Part shown: piece after piece, positions 37,998-48,407 of the stretch
Position numbering within the stretch: position 1 is the stretch's first letter
How the letters are laid out: every line of letters starts with the position of its first letter
Assembly: GCA_963729715.1 (NCBI GenBank)
Contig: CAVSPA010000005.1
Coordinates: 160,001-224,000 of the forward strand
From: an uncultured delta proteobacterium
Lineage (GTDB): Bacteria; Desulfobacterota; Syntrophia; Syntrophales; UBA2185
DNA: 64,000 nt
Direction of reading: 5' to 3'
Made by a program: the position numbers and the translations under genes
Notes under the pieces: generated by a model
What the model was told of the DNA's origin: nothing
Seen by the model: the letters and a program-made list of their open reading frames with translations, nothing else
The model's database searches: none

Positions 37998-39233
37998 TTA
38001 TTCCACAACGGTGTAGGCGGCTTCACTCTGCTGGGTCAGGTCAAGGCCGATGATCTCATCCTTCTTCTCGACCCTGATGCCGACTAAAGCATCCACGAAC
38101 TTAAAGATTATCCAGGTCATGACGCCCGCAAACACAGGGGCCACGACGATAAGCAGCAGCTGGACCAAAAACTGATGAACATCCCCGAAGAACAAACCAT
38201 TTCCGCCGGCTTGGTTCACCACTTTCTCGGCAAAGAGGCCTGTAGCAATTGTCCCCCACATGCCGCCGACGCCGTGCACGCCGAAAACATCGAGCGCATC
38301 ATCATACTTGAAGAGCACCTTCACCTTGGCGATGGCGATGTAGCAGAAGACGCTGACGAGAATGCCGATGAATATGGCGTTCATGGGGCTGACAAATCCG
38401 CAGGCAGGAGTAATAGCGACAAGGCCTGCGACCGCGCCTGTTGCCGCGCCCAGGACAGTCGGGGCGCCATGCTGCTGCCATTCAATAAGTGCCCAGGTTA
38501 ATCCCGCAGCAGCTGTCGCCGTGTTGGTCGTGATAAAGGCATTTGCCGCCAGTTCGTTTGCCGCGAGAGCGCTTCCCGCGTTGAATCCGAACCAGCCAAA
38601 CCAGAGTAGCGCCGCCCCCAGCACCGTAAAGGGAAGATTGTGCGGCCGGAAAGGCTGTTCCTGGTAGCCGATCCTCTTGCCAATCAGTATTGCCATTACC
38701 AGCGCCGATACTCCGGAACTGGTATGGACGACAATGCCGCCCGCAAAATCGAGAGCGCCCAGATTCTTCAGCCAGCCTCCTGTTCCCCAGACCCAGTGAC
38801 CCAAAGGATCGTAGACAAATGTCGCCCAGAGAATCGTGAAAAGAAGGAAGGCGGAAAATTTGATCCGCTCCGCAAAGGCGCCCACAATCAATGCCGGTGT
38901 GATGACAGCAAACATGCACTGAAAAATCATAAACACCGAATGTGGAATAGTCGCGGCATAATCAGCATTCGGCTGTCCCCCTACACCCCTCAGTCCTACC
39001 CAGTCGAAGCTACCTATGATGCCATGACCCGTATCCGGACCGAATGTTAAGGAATATCCATATAAGATCCACTGCAAGCTGATGACGCATAAAATGATGA
39101 AACATTGCATCAACAGGGAAAGAACATTTTTCCGCCGCACCAGGCCGCCGTAAAAGAAGGCCAGTGCAGGCACCGTCATAAGCAAAACCAACGCTGTCGA
39201 TGCCAATACCCATGCTGTATCACCTGAATTCAT
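37998..39233 (-). CDS. amtB: Ammonium transporter
   Basis: GDTAW, FFYGG, DFAGG.VVH, WFGWFGFNAGS, DD.LDVF.VHG; start at 39233 after GGGAGG. Confidence 0.97.
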   Translation of the reverse strand: MNSGDTAWVLASTALVLLMTVPALAFFYGGLVRRKNVLSLLMQCFIILCVISLQWILYGYSLTFGPDTGHGIIGSFDWVGLRGVGGQPNADYAATIPHSVFMIFQCMFAVITPALIVGAFAERIKFSAFLLFTILWATFVYDPLGHWVWGTGGWLKNLGALDFAGGIVVHTSSGVSALVMAILIGKRIGYQEQPFRPHNLPFTVLGAALLWFGWFGFNAGSALAANELAANAFITTNTATAAAGLTWALIEWQQHGAPTVLGAATGAVAGLVAITPACGFVSPMNAIFIGILVSVFCYIAIAKVKVLFKYDDALDVFGVHGVGGMWGTIATGLFAEKVVNQAGGNGLFFGDVHQFLVQLLLIVVAPVFAGVMTWIIFKFVDALVGIRVEKKDEIIGLDLTQQSEAAYTVVE

Positions 39234-39278
39234 AGTAAGCACCTCCCGATCCTTAAAATCCTTTTTAATGCCTACAAT

Positions 39279-39294
39279 AGCAATTAGGGTGCCA
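39279..39294 (-). promoter_or_regulatory. Sigma-54 promoter of amtB-glnK
   Basis: Minus strand TGGCAC-CCTAA-TTGCT. Confidence 0.88.
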
Positions 39295-39506
39295 CGCATA
39301 AAAGTCGTTGATTATATTACTTAATGTGCTATAAGAGTGGCGGCGGCCATAAATCAATATGACAATTTTGTACTATATGAACACGAGTTTTACAAAAATG
39401 TGATTCCCGTGCGCCTGTCAGCATCAGATCCTCTTTTTCGTTTGACACAGAGGCTTGAGCTTACTAATAATGACGCAAATATTTTTTCAAAAGTTGGAAT
39501 AACATC

Positions 39507-40535
39507 GTGAGGGCTGACGAAGGACTGCCATTCCTCCTGCGCTATGAAAATGTGGCGGATTACAGGAACGGCGAAGTGTGGATATTAGACAGGAGAAAAT
39601 ATCCTGCGGAAGAAGAGTTTGTCCGCTGCGCGGACTATCGAGGCGTTGCCCGGGCTATCGCAGAAATGGTAACGCAGAGCGGGGGACCTTGGCTCGCAGC
39701 CGCCTACGGAATGGTCAGTGCGGCGAGGGGAGTGCACAAGCTCTCCGGCGAAAGGGCGAAAGAAGAACTGCAGCGTGCGGCAGACGTGCTGATCTACGCA
39801 CGGCCGACCACATCGGCAAACATGAAGATACACATCATGCGAATTCTCCGGACGGCCCAAGACGCCATCGACCGGGGAGAGGACGCAGAATCTGCTACAT
39901 ATGCTCATGTGCAGAAAAATCTGGAAAACCGCTACCGCAATTCGCGCCGGATTGCAGCGTATGCCGTAGACCTGATGCCGGATGACGTTAGCATACTCAC
40001 CCAGTGTTACGCAGAAACCCTCATCGGGTTTGTGCTGCTGGTATCTCAGGAGAAGGGCAAAAAAGTATCTCTAATCTGTCCGGAGACCAGACCGTATCTC
40101 CAGGGGGCAAGATTGACGGCCAGTGTGGCCTGCGACATGGGCGTGCCGGTGACGGTAATTACCGACAACATGCCTGCATACATCCTCTCAAAGGGAATGG
40201 CGCAGGTATTTATATGTGCAGCGGACGTGATCACACTGGATGGTTTTGTGGTCAACAAGATAGGCACTTTTCAGATAGCCCTGGCGGCCCATTTTTACAA
40301 CGTACCTTTCTATGCGCTGGGGACGCCCTCCGCAGCGCATCCTGACATCTCGAAGGTGGAGGTTGAGGAGAGAGACCCCGAAGAAACAGTGCATGCCATG
40401 GGCATCCGCACGGCTAAGGATGGTGTGAAAGGATATTATCCTGCTTTTGATATCACACCTCCAGGATTGATACGCGCAGTGGTTACACCGAGAGGGGTCT
40501 TCCCCCCATCAGATTTGAAAGGATATTTTTCATAA
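39507..40535 (+). CDS. mtnA: Methylthioribose-1-phosphate isomerase family protein
   Basis: ILDRRKYP, ARPTT, ETRPYLQGARLTA, ITDNM, NKIGT, YPAFDITP. Confidence 0.88.
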   Translation: MRADEGLPFLLRYENVADYRNGEVWILDRRKYPAEEEFVRCADYRGVARAIAEMVTQSGGPWLAAAYGMVSAARGVHKLSGERAKEELQRAADVLIYARPTTSANMKIHIMRILRTAQDAIDRGEDAESATYAHVQKNLENRYRNSRRIAAYAVDLMPDDVSILTQCYAETLIGFVLLVSQEKGKKVSLICPETRPYLQGARLTASVACDMGVPVTVITDNMPAYILSKGMAQVFICAADVITLDGFVVNKIGTFQIALAAHFYNVPFYALGTPSAAHPDISKVEVEERDPEETVHAMGIRTAKDGVKGYYPAFDITPPGLIRAVVTPRGVFPPSDLKGYFS

Positions 40536-40557
40536 ATACGCTCTGTAAGGAGTCCCC

Positions 40558-41196
40558 ATGTTATACGAGGAAGCGCGGAAGGCACTGCATAAATGCGTCT
40601 TGAGGCTTTACCAGAAAGGTCTTGTACAGTTAAATTCGGGAAACGTGAGCATTCGTGTCTCTGACGAACATCTCGTGATCACACCGACGGGGATATCCTA
40701 TGACGGCATGTCGGAAGAGGACCTGGTTGTCATTGACCTCAAAGGCAGTTCCATCGAGGGTAAACACAAACCCTCTTCCGAAACGCCCATGCATACAACC
40801 GTCTATAAGAATATACCTGAAGTGAAGGCCATCATACATACACACTCACCTTTCGCAATGGCCTTTGCTGCAGTGGGGAGAAGCATTCCTATCATCAGCA
40901 CCGAAGGACTGACCGTACGCGGGCCGATACCGGTTGCCGATTATGCCTGTCCCGGTACGGAGGCACAGGGCTGGGCTGCAATCAAGGCCATGAAGGGACC
41001 GCCATATGTAATGGGAACACTACTTAAGAATCACGGTGTGCTCGTCACTGGAACAAACCTGTCCCATGCATATTCAATGGCCTGCCGCATCGAAATGGCG
41101 GCAAAGGTTTATTTCCTAGCCCTGCAGATAGGCGAACCCGATGTCCTCACGGACGACCAGATTAAGGAGATCAGAAGCGTATATTTAAGAAAATAG
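40558..41196 (+). CDS. Class II aldolase/adducin family protein (FucA/Ald2-like)
   Basis: SGNVS.R, ITPTG, PSSE..MH, HTHS, L.NHG. Confidence 0.92.
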   Translation: MLYEEARKALHKCVLRLYQKGLVQLNSGNVSIRVSDEHLVITPTGISYDGMSEEDLVVIDLKGSSIEGKHKPSSETPMHTTVYKNIPEVKAIIHTHSPFAMAFAAVGRSIPIISTEGLTVRGPIPVADYACPGTEAQGWAAIKAMKGPPYVMGTLLKNHGVLVTGTNLSHAYSMACRIEMAAKVYFLALQIGEPDVLTDDQIKEIRSVYLRK

Positions 41197-41232
41197 AGGA
41201 CGCAGTACCTATTCATCACGAGGTTGGCACCC

Positions 41233-42063
41233 ATGATAAATTTCTTTAAAATGAGCGGCAGCGGCAATGATTTCATCCTGATCGATAACATGGATCATTC
41301 CCTGGCCGTAGGAACATTCAAAGAATTTGTAAGAACCGTCTGCGAGCGTAAGGTATCAGTGGGCGCAGACGGATTGATCATTATCGAAGATTCCCGGCGC
41401 GCTGATTTCCGGTGGCGTTTCTTCAACGCCGACGGGAGTGAAGTGGATATGTGCGGAAACGGAGCGAGGTGTGCCGCCCGTTTCGCCTACATCAGGGGGA
41501 TCGCAAAAGAAAGAATGTCCTTCGAGACCGGAGCAGGCATCATCGACGCCGAGGTCAAAGGAGATACGGTAAAAGTAAAACTAACAGAGCCACACGGCAT
41601 AAGGGCCAATATTCCCGTTATGACCGACGGGAAATCGCTTGAAGTCAACTTTGTCAATACAGGGGTCCCTCATGCGGTTCTCTTCGTTCAGGACCTGGAC
41701 GGGTACGATGTATTTAACATGGGCCGGAAGATCCGCTACCATAAGGAATTCCAGCCCGAGGGCACGAATGCGAACTTCATGGAAGTCATAGACAGACACG
41801 TAATCAGGATCAGGACGTACGAGAGAGGCGTCGAAGACGAAACCTTAGCCTGCGGAACCGGCGCCGTCGCATCCGCCCTGATATCGTCCTCGCGGGGACT
41901 GGTAGAATCGCCGGTCGATGTAACGGTGAAAAGCGGGGAGACGCTGAAGATATATTTCCACAAGATGGATCAGGGTTTTGAGGATATTTATCTTGAAGGA
42001 AAAGCCAATGTAGTTTATGAAGGGCGCATCTGGGACGAGGCATACAAGCGCTCTCAGAAATAG
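41233..42063 (+). CDS. dapF: Diaminopimelate epimerase
   Basis: KMSGSGNDF, NADGS..MCGNG.RC, ERGVE.ETLACGTG. Confidence 0.97.
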   Translation: MINFFKMSGSGNDFILIDNMDHSLAVGTFKEFVRTVCERKVSVGADGLIIIEDSRRADFRWRFFNADGSEVDMCGNGARCAARFAYIRGIAKERMSFETGAGIIDAEVKGDTVKVKLTEPHGIRANIPVMTDGKSLEVNFVNTGVPHAVLFVQDLDGYDVFNMGRKIRYHKEFQPEGTNANFMEVIDRHVIRIRTYERGVEDETLACGTGAVASALISSSRGLVESPVDVTVKSGETLKIYFHKMDQGFEDIYLEGKANVVYEGRIWDEAYKRSQK

Positions 42064-42089
42064 ATAGAAAATACCGGAGGTGTTTCGTC

Positions 42090-43256
42090 TTGCAGATTGC
42101 CGACCGACTGAAGAAGATTCCACCTTACCTTTTTGTGGAGCTGAGAAAAAAGATTAACAAGGCGAAAGCCGAGGGCATTGACGTTATAAGTCTCGCCATC
42201 GGAGATCCGGTGGAACCAACACCGGACTCGATCATTGATGAGCTTTGCAGGAAAGCGCGGGATCCGAAAAATCACCGGTACCCGACGGATGAGGAAAAAG
42301 GCATGTTCGCTTTCCGTCAGGAGATTGCCCGGTGGTATAGTGCGAGATACGGTGTGGCTCTCGACCCGGCAAATGAAATCCTCGGTCTCATCGGCTCCAA
42401 GGAAGGCTGCCATCACTTCGTCCTGGGCTGCATTAATCCCGGTGATACCGTGCTGATGACGGACCCCGGATATCCGGCCTACCGTGCAAGCATCCTGATG
42501 GGCGGCGGTGTTCCTTATAATGTGCCGATTCTGGCAGAGAATAGATATCTCCCCGTATTCGAAGATATACCTACGGATGTGGCACGAAAGGCGCGGGGGA
42601 TCTTCCTCAACTATCCCAATAATCCTACCGGCGCCTGCGCAACAAGAGAATTCTTCAATCGCCTGGTGGACTTTGCCAGGCAGTTTGACATTGCCGTCTG
42701 CTATGACAATCCCTATGGCGAAATCCTCTTTAACGGACAGGAGCGCCTGAGTTTTCTCATGGCTGGCGGGGCCAGTGATGTAGGAGTCGAGTTAAATTCC
42801 CTTTCCAAGCTCTTTAATATGACAGGATGGCGGATCGGAATGGCAGCAGGTAACGTCGACATCCTTTCCGCCATGAGCAAGGTAAAAGAAAATACCGATT
42901 CCGGCATCTTCAATCCCATCCAGTACGCGGGGCTCCATGCACTGAAATACGAAGCAAAGAACATAGACCACATGCTCAAGATCTACGGACGGCGGCGGGA
43001 ACTGGTGCTCGAAACACTGAGGCGCATCGGGATAGTCTTTGATGCTCCCAAAGGTACATTCTATTTATGGGTGCCCGTGCCACGGGGTATGAAGTCCCTC
43101 GAATTTACAAACCTTCTCTTTGACAAGGCAGCGATTGTCGTAGCGGCTGGCACGGCATACGGCGAGTATGGTGAAGGGTATATCAGGATAGCCCTTACGG
43201 TGCCGGATGCAAGGCTCAAAGAGGCGATGGAGCGGATCGAGAAGGCATTGTCCTGA
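42090..43256 (+). CDS. dapL: LL-diaminopimelate aminotransferase
   Basis: PPYLF, GSKEG, NYPNNPTGA, SLSK..NMTGWR.G; follows dapF. Confidence 0.88.
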   Translation: MQIADRLKKIPPYLFVELRKKINKAKAEGIDVISLAIGDPVEPTPDSIIDELCRKARDPKNHRYPTDEEKGMFAFRQEIARWYSARYGVALDPANEILGLIGSKEGCHHFVLGCINPGDTVLMTDPGYPAYRASILMGGGVPYNVPILAENRYLPVFEDIPTDVARKARGIFLNYPNNPTGACATREFFNRLVDFARQFDIAVCYDNPYGEILFNGQERLSFLMAGGASDVGVELNSLSKLFNMTGWRIGMAAGNVDILSAMSKVKENTDSGIFNPIQYAGLHALKYEAKNIDHMLKIYGRRRELVLETLRRIGIVFDAPKGTFYLWVPVPRGMKSLEFTNLLFDKAAIVVAAGTAYGEYGEGYIRIALTVPDARLKEAMERIEKALS

Positions 43257-43366
43257 TACGGCCTTAACTTTTTTCCCGACCATTTTCTCGAGTTGTTATT
43301 AGCTGACTATCCATGCGTTCCAGATTTCTTTCCCCGGGCAGCCGAGTATTTATCTGGCTATTGCCA

Positions 43367-44479
43367 TCAAAAATGTCTGGCGACGAATTCCCTTATGATC
43401 CTTCCAGGAAATGTCTCCCTCGCGTGGAGGGCACCATAGGGACAAACCTCAATGCAGCAGAAGCAGCGAATGCACCGGTCATAATCAAAAGAGAGCGTCT
43501 TTTCACGCAAAGAAATCGCCCCCGCAGGACAGATTTTCCGGCACTCGGCGCACACCTGGCAGCTCAGGTTGTCGGGGACGGGTCTCTGGAGAAGGTGCTT
43601 CCTGATAAACCCGTGAAATTTTCGCGGCCCATACAAGAGAGGACTGATACTGGGGAGCCTGAAATCGTGAATTATCGGGAGGTTGCCGTCAATCTCGATA
43701 TCCGTTTCCATGATGCCCATCTCTCTTGCCGCTTTCAGGGTCGGCAGCCTGTCAGTGTCCAACCCCACCATCCTGCAGACCGTGCTGTCTAAGGCAACGG
43801 CATCACGGCTGCCCATCAAGATGCCGAGCTCTCTCGGTCTGCCGCTTTTCCCCGGACCTTCACCTTCCATGGCAAGAATCCCATCGAGAATTGTAAATGA
43901 GGGGCTGATTCTCTGATAAATCAGAACGAGCAGTTTTGCAAACATGGTGCGGTCGATGCCTGTCCTCATGTGCCATTCCGCTTTTCTGTAGCCGACAACG
44001 CAGCCGAACATGTTCTTCACTCCGAGGGTCAGGAGCATCTGACTGTGCGTCTTGAGTTTGGGAAGGTTGATGATCACATCTGCGTAAATTGCGTCCTCGG
44101 CCATCTCAATTTTATTAAACGGTTCACCGATATCGGTTCTCAGGGAGTTCTCAAATGCTCTGCAGTCCACGTCGAGCCCGGCAAGTGCGTCCCTTATGCC
44201 GCTATCCTTCATGATTTTCTCAAAAGAACCTATGGCGGGACTATCCGAAACCCGCGGGCGGGCACCATTTTGCAGAACATATTCCACTGCCGCTTTGACA
44301 ATCATGGGATGTGTCAGGACAGCATCCCTCGGCGACGCCGGTGAGAGCAGGTTCGGTTTGATGAGGACGCGGTCGCCCCTTCCGATCAGATCACCTCCGA
44401 TTGCGTCCATGGTCTCGAAGAATAGAGCTTTGACCATATCATAATCGTAGGTGGATTTTTTCAGTACTACTTTAGTCAT
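43367..44479 (-). CDS. DUF362-domain Fe-S protein
   Basis: LIKPN, THP, INLPKLKTH, MEGEGP..G; C-terminal 2x[4Fe-4S]. Confidence 0.88.
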   Translation of the reverse strand: MTKVVLKKSTYDYDMVKALFFETMDAIGGDLIGRGDRVLIKPNLLSPASPRDAVLTHPMIVKAAVEYVLQNGARPRVSDSPAIGSFEKIMKDSGIRDALAGLDVDCRAFENSLRTDIGEPFNKIEMAEDAIYADVIINLPKLKTHSQMLLTLGVKNMFGCVVGYRKAEWHMRTGIDRTMFAKLLVLIYQRISPSFTILDGILAMEGEGPGKSGRPRELGILMGSRDAVALDSTVCRMVGLDTDRLPTLKAAREMGIMETDIEIDGNLPIIHDFRLPSISPLLYGPRKFHGFIRKHLLQRPVPDNLSCQVCAECRKICPAGAISLREKTLSFDYDRCIRCFCCIEVCPYGALHARETFPGRIIREFVARHF

Positions 44480-44652
44480 GGGTGTGTTAATTTTTCATTA
44501 CCTTGTTTTTCGTGCTGCATTCATTTCTTGACAAAAATGAAATTTCAAGTAAAAGCTTCATGCCATTAAGGGAGGATTGAAATCAAAATTATGTTGTGGT
44601 TAATCTGCATGTCGGATATAATCAACGACATAATTTTTTGATTAGTTGATAT

Positions 44653-45873
44653 ATGAAAAATTTCAGTATTAATAGATATTCATCGGGACCTGTTTATCTA
44701 AAAATCGGTGTCGCGGTAATCATACTCTTGCTTCTTTCAAACCTGCTTCTATTATACCTCTTTGTCAAAGAAAGAAATAACAATAAGAATCTCATCGGTC
44801 TTCTCGACAGAGCAGGCACGGACTTCAATCAAATCCATGAATCATTGAAGCAGAAGGATATGCAAAAGGCCTTCCGGTATCTGACGGAAGCGCAAAAGCA
44901 GGTGGTAGCGATGCTACCGGCCGTGCCCGTGCCGGCAGAAAAGGCGGCAACGGTGACAAAAGAGCAGCAGCCAGCGCCGCCGACCCAGGCTAAAGCAGCA
45001 GCCACGACCGTTGCCAGCGCACCCGCCTCTCCCCAGGATGCGCCCTATACGTTTGTCTTTGCCGATGCGGGCGAATACCTTCTCATCTGTGAAAAAGACA
45101 CGAAAATTCTTTACATCTTCCGCTTTTCAGACGGCAGGTTCTCCCTTGTAAAGCAGTACCCGTGTGTCATCGGGGCGAATAATCACGGCAAGATGAGGGA
45201 AGGTGACTTTGCAACTCCCGAAGGGGTTTACTTCTTCTTAAGATTTGCCCCGGGCAAGACACTCGCGGAGAACTATGGGTATGGAGCCTTCGTTTTAAAT
45301 TATCCAAATTTTCTGGATCGGAAAGAAAGAAAGGATGGGGGAGGCATCTGGCTGCACGGCCACAGCGCGGGTAAAGTATTGGGAGCGGATGTACCGGATA
45401 CGAAGGGTTGTATCGTGGTGAGCAATGATGCCTTGAGAGAAATGAGCGGTTACCTGAAGTGGAACGGCACTCCCATTGCAATTGTCAACAAGCTCCAGTT
45501 TACAAATCCCGAAAGTCAGAAGGAATTAGCGAGAGAACTGAGGAGCTTTATCAATTCATGGAGACTCTCATGGGAGAGCATCAACACGAAGAAATATTTG
45601 AGTTTCTATTCCTCGGCATTTGTTAACAGCGAGGGGATGAGCTTCAATGCCTTCAAGCATCACAAGGAAAAGACCAACAAAAGCAAAAAATTCATTCGAG
45701 TAAAAGTTGAAAATCTCGCGATCCTGATGCCGTCGGAATACGGCGGCAATGTTGCCGTAGCCAGATTTCAACAAAGATACACTTCCAATAATTTCAAAAG
45801 CGACAGCAAGAAAATATTTTACCTGAAAAAAGGGCAAGCCGGATGGCAAATCATAGGCGAATCTTCATATTAG
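44653..45873 (+). CDS. L,D-transpeptidase/carboxypeptidase family protein (YkuD domain plus C-terminal NTF2-like domain, Csd6/Pgp2-like)
   Basis: K..EGD..TPEG.Y, L.YPN..D, GGIWLHG...TKGC; C-terminal W..SWE...Y..FY...F.Q.Y.S..F. Confidence 0.85.
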   Translation: MKNFSINRYSSGPVYLKIGVAVIILLLLSNLLLLYLFVKERNNNKNLIGLLDRAGTDFNQIHESLKQKDMQKAFRYLTEAQKQVVAMLPAVPVPAEKAATVTKEQQPAPPTQAKAAATTVASAPASPQDAPYTFVFADAGEYLLICEKDTKILYIFRFSDGRFSLVKQYPCVIGANNHGKMREGDFATPEGVYFFLRFAPGKTLAENYGYGAFVLNYPNFLDRKERKDGGGIWLHGHSAGKVLGADVPDTKGCIVVSNDALREMSGYLKWNGTPIAIVNKLQFTNPESQKELARELRSFINSWRLSWESINTKKYLSFYSSAFVNSEGMSFNAFKHHKEKTNKSKKFIRVKVENLAILMPSEYGGNVAVARFQQRYTSNNFKSDSKKIFYLKKGQAGWQIIGESSY

Positions 45874-46766
45874 CATGCACCACAATTATCTGTCTTTTTA
45901 TTTCAACCAATTCTCTTACAATTAAGCAGGATGTTTCATCGAAGCCGAAAAAGCCCTCTTTTCAGATCCAGAGATTTTTTGGCGGCACAAACCAGGAGGT
46001 TGCCGTATATTTTATTTCCGGAGAAGAGAAAGGCCCCACCTTGCTTATCATCGCCGGAATCCATGGTGATGAATCTGGTGGCTATTTGACGGCGGAACGA
46101 TATGCGGAAGTCAAGGTAAAAAAGGGAACCTTGATTGTTGTGCCCCGTCTGAATTTACCGGCTGTCGCAAAGGGGAAACGCCAGGGCCTGAGCGGTGACA
46201 TGAACCGCCTTTTTCATCTGCCTGAAGACGCCCGCTCTACTCCTGATACCAAAGTTGTCAACCTTGCCAAATCCCTTATCGGACGCGCCGACTATGTCCT
46301 TAATCTCCATCAAGGTGAAGGCTTCTATTCCCCCAAGTGGATATCCCACAAGAGAAATCCTTTCAGATGGGGACAGTGCAATGTCATCGACGCCCCCATA
46401 TTCGATCTGCCTAACGGAGATAAGCTTGAACTCGCGAGTTTTGCAAAGAAGATAGCATCCAGTTCAAATTCCAAAATCAAGGACAAGAAATATCATTTTC
46501 AGGTCAACAACACCAATACGGCGAGCACCAAGTCTGTCCACAAGGAGCAGAGAAGATCACTCACCTACTACGCCCTTTACCAGCAACACAAAACATCTTT
46601 GGCGCTGGAATCAACAAAGAACTGCACTGTACCCCAGGCCGTCGGATTTCTGACTATCGCCATCAATTCAGTTATAGACGCGGTGGGAATTCAAGCAGAG
46701 AATCTTCCTTCCGCAGATCCTATCACAATCAGGAAGGAGTTTGCTGACAAAAAACTTAAAACGTAA
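45843..46766 (+). CDS. M14-like zinc carboxypeptidase (Csd4/Pgp1-like catalytic domain)
   Basis: GIHGDESGG, DMNR.F, LNLHQGEGFY, P.RWGQ, SLTYYA, ESTK. Confidence 0.8.
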   Translation: MANHRRIFILACTTIICLFISTNSLTIKQDVSSKPKKPSFQIQRFFGGTNQEVAVYFISGEEKGPTLLIIAGIHGDESGGYLTAERYAEVKVKKGTLIVVPRLNLPAVAKGKRQGLSGDMNRLFHLPEDARSTPDTKVVNLAKSLIGRADYVLNLHQGEGFYSPKWISHKRNPFRWGQCNVIDAPIFDLPNGDKLELASFAKKIASSSNSKIKDKKYHFQVNNTNTASTKSVHKEQRRSLTYYALYQQHKTSLALESTKNCTVPQAVGFLTIAINSVIDAVGIQAENLPSADPITIRKEFADKKLKT

Positions 46767-46869
46767 TATTTGTCCGCCAAGCTCTGACATTACCCGGACG
46801 GATTGTTAAGCTCGTGTAATCAGTGCATGGGAGGCCTTCTTCGAAATTCTCGAGGACTTCCTTTTATCA

Positions 46870-46898
46870 TTGACATGGCAATATCTTTATCCTATATT
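46870..46898 (+). promoter_or_regulatory. Sigma-70 promoter
   Basis: TTGACA-N17-TATATT. Confidence 0.65.
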
Positions 46899-47051
46899 TA
46901 GTCCCCATTAAGAGAACAAGAGAAGTCAGGCAGTTAATCGGCCTTGCAACACACATGAGAATATCCTATCTGCTATTTGAGCCCATATCGCCAAAACGAA
47001 TAATGATAAATCCAAAAAGAATTGAAGAAGGCGTAATCAAAGGAACCCTTC

Positions 47052-48407
47052 ATGAAGAATGAACTGTCTTACGATGAGTTGATGCTTAAGCTCAACAAAC
47101 TCGAAAAAATAAACTCCGACCACAGACGGCTTGAAGAAGTCTATCGCTCGGTAGTGGAGTCTACGAGCGATTCCATATATATGGTGGGTAAAGATTGCCG
47201 ATATCTCTTCATGAACAATCAGCATTTGTCCAGGCTCGGCTTGCCGGCCGAACAGATCATAGGTAAATGCTACAGCGAGTTTCACACCCCGGAGCAGGAT
47301 AAAGTATTTGCGGAAGCGGTTAACAAGGTATTTTCAACCGGCAAGTCCATCCAGCACGAGCACAGGAGTGAGAGGGACAAGAGATATTTCCTCCGGACAT
47401 TCAGCCCTGTAAGAGATCACGGCCCCAATGGAGAGATAACATGCATCGCCATCATTTCCACAGACATAACCGAGCACAAGCTGGCTGAAGAGACAATCAG
47501 GGAAAGCGAGCGAAAATATAGGACGATTATTGAAAACATTGAAGACGGCTATCACGAGCTTGATTTTTCCGGCAATATCGTTTTCTTTAATGATGCCCTC
47601 TTAAGAATGCTGGGATATTCGCGTGATGAATTTGCGAGAATGAATTACCGCGATCTCACTGATGAGGAAACGGCCAGTCAGGTGATGCAGGTCTGTGATG
47701 AAGTCTACAAAACGGGAAAACCATCCAGAGGCATTGAGATCGAGGTAATGAAGAAAGACGGAACCATGAGGGTGGTTGAGATATCCGTGTCGCTGATCAT
47801 GGATGCAAAAGGTCATGAAGTGGGGTTCCGGAATGTCATCCGCGACGTAACTGAACGTAAGAAGTCAGAAGAAACGATCAGGCGATTGGCTTATCATGAC
47901 CCCCTTACAGGCTTACCCAACCGTCTCTTGTTCACGGACCGTCTTAACATGGCAATAACCAGGGCCAAACGTAATAAGCAATACTTGGCCGTGATGATGC
48001 TCGACCTTGATTACTTCAAAGACATCAATGACACACTGGGCCATTATATGGGAGATAAGCTGTTACAGGCTGTGGGTTCTCGTCTGACGGAACTCTTGCG
48101 AAAAGGTGACACCATAGCACGGATGGGCGGTGATGAGTTTCTGGTTTTATTGCCGGAAATTAATAATGTGGGAGTTACTACGACGATAGCGCAGAAGATC
48201 GTTGAATCCTTCCAGAGTCCCTTTATAATTGATGACCGTAAACTTCGTATTACGACGAGCATAGGAATTGCAATTTACCCGGACGTTTCGGATGACGTCG
48301 AGACCCTCATCAAGCACGCGGATATTGCAATGTATCGTGCTAAGGGATCGGGCAGGAACAACTATCAATTGTTTATTCCGGAAATGATCGTTAGAGCCAT
48401 ATCGTAG
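47052..48407 (+). CDS. PAS-PAS diguanylate cyclase
   Basis: HDPLTGLPNR, DLD.FK.INDTLGH, RMGGDEF; RxxD I-site RKGD. Confidence 0.95.
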   Translation: MKNELSYDELMLKLNKLEKINSDHRRLEEVYRSVVESTSDSIYMVGKDCRYLFMNNQHLSRLGLPAEQIIGKCYSEFHTPEQDKVFAEAVNKVFSTGKSIQHEHRSERDKRYFLRTFSPVRDHGPNGEITCIAIISTDITEHKLAEETIRESERKYRTIIENIEDGYHELDFSGNIVFFNDALLRMLGYSRDEFARMNYRDLTDEETASQVMQVCDEVYKTGKPSRGIEIEVMKKDGTMRVVEISVSLIMDAKGHEVGFRNVIRDVTERKKSEETIRRLAYHDPLTGLPNRLLFTDRLNMAITRAKRNKQYLAVMMLDLDYFKDINDTLGHYMGDKLLQAVGSRLTELLRKGDTIARMGGDEFLVLLPEINNVGVTTTIAQKIVESFQSPFIIDDRKLRITTSIGIAIYPDVSDDVETLIKHADIAMYRAKGSGRNNYQLFIPEMIVRAIS

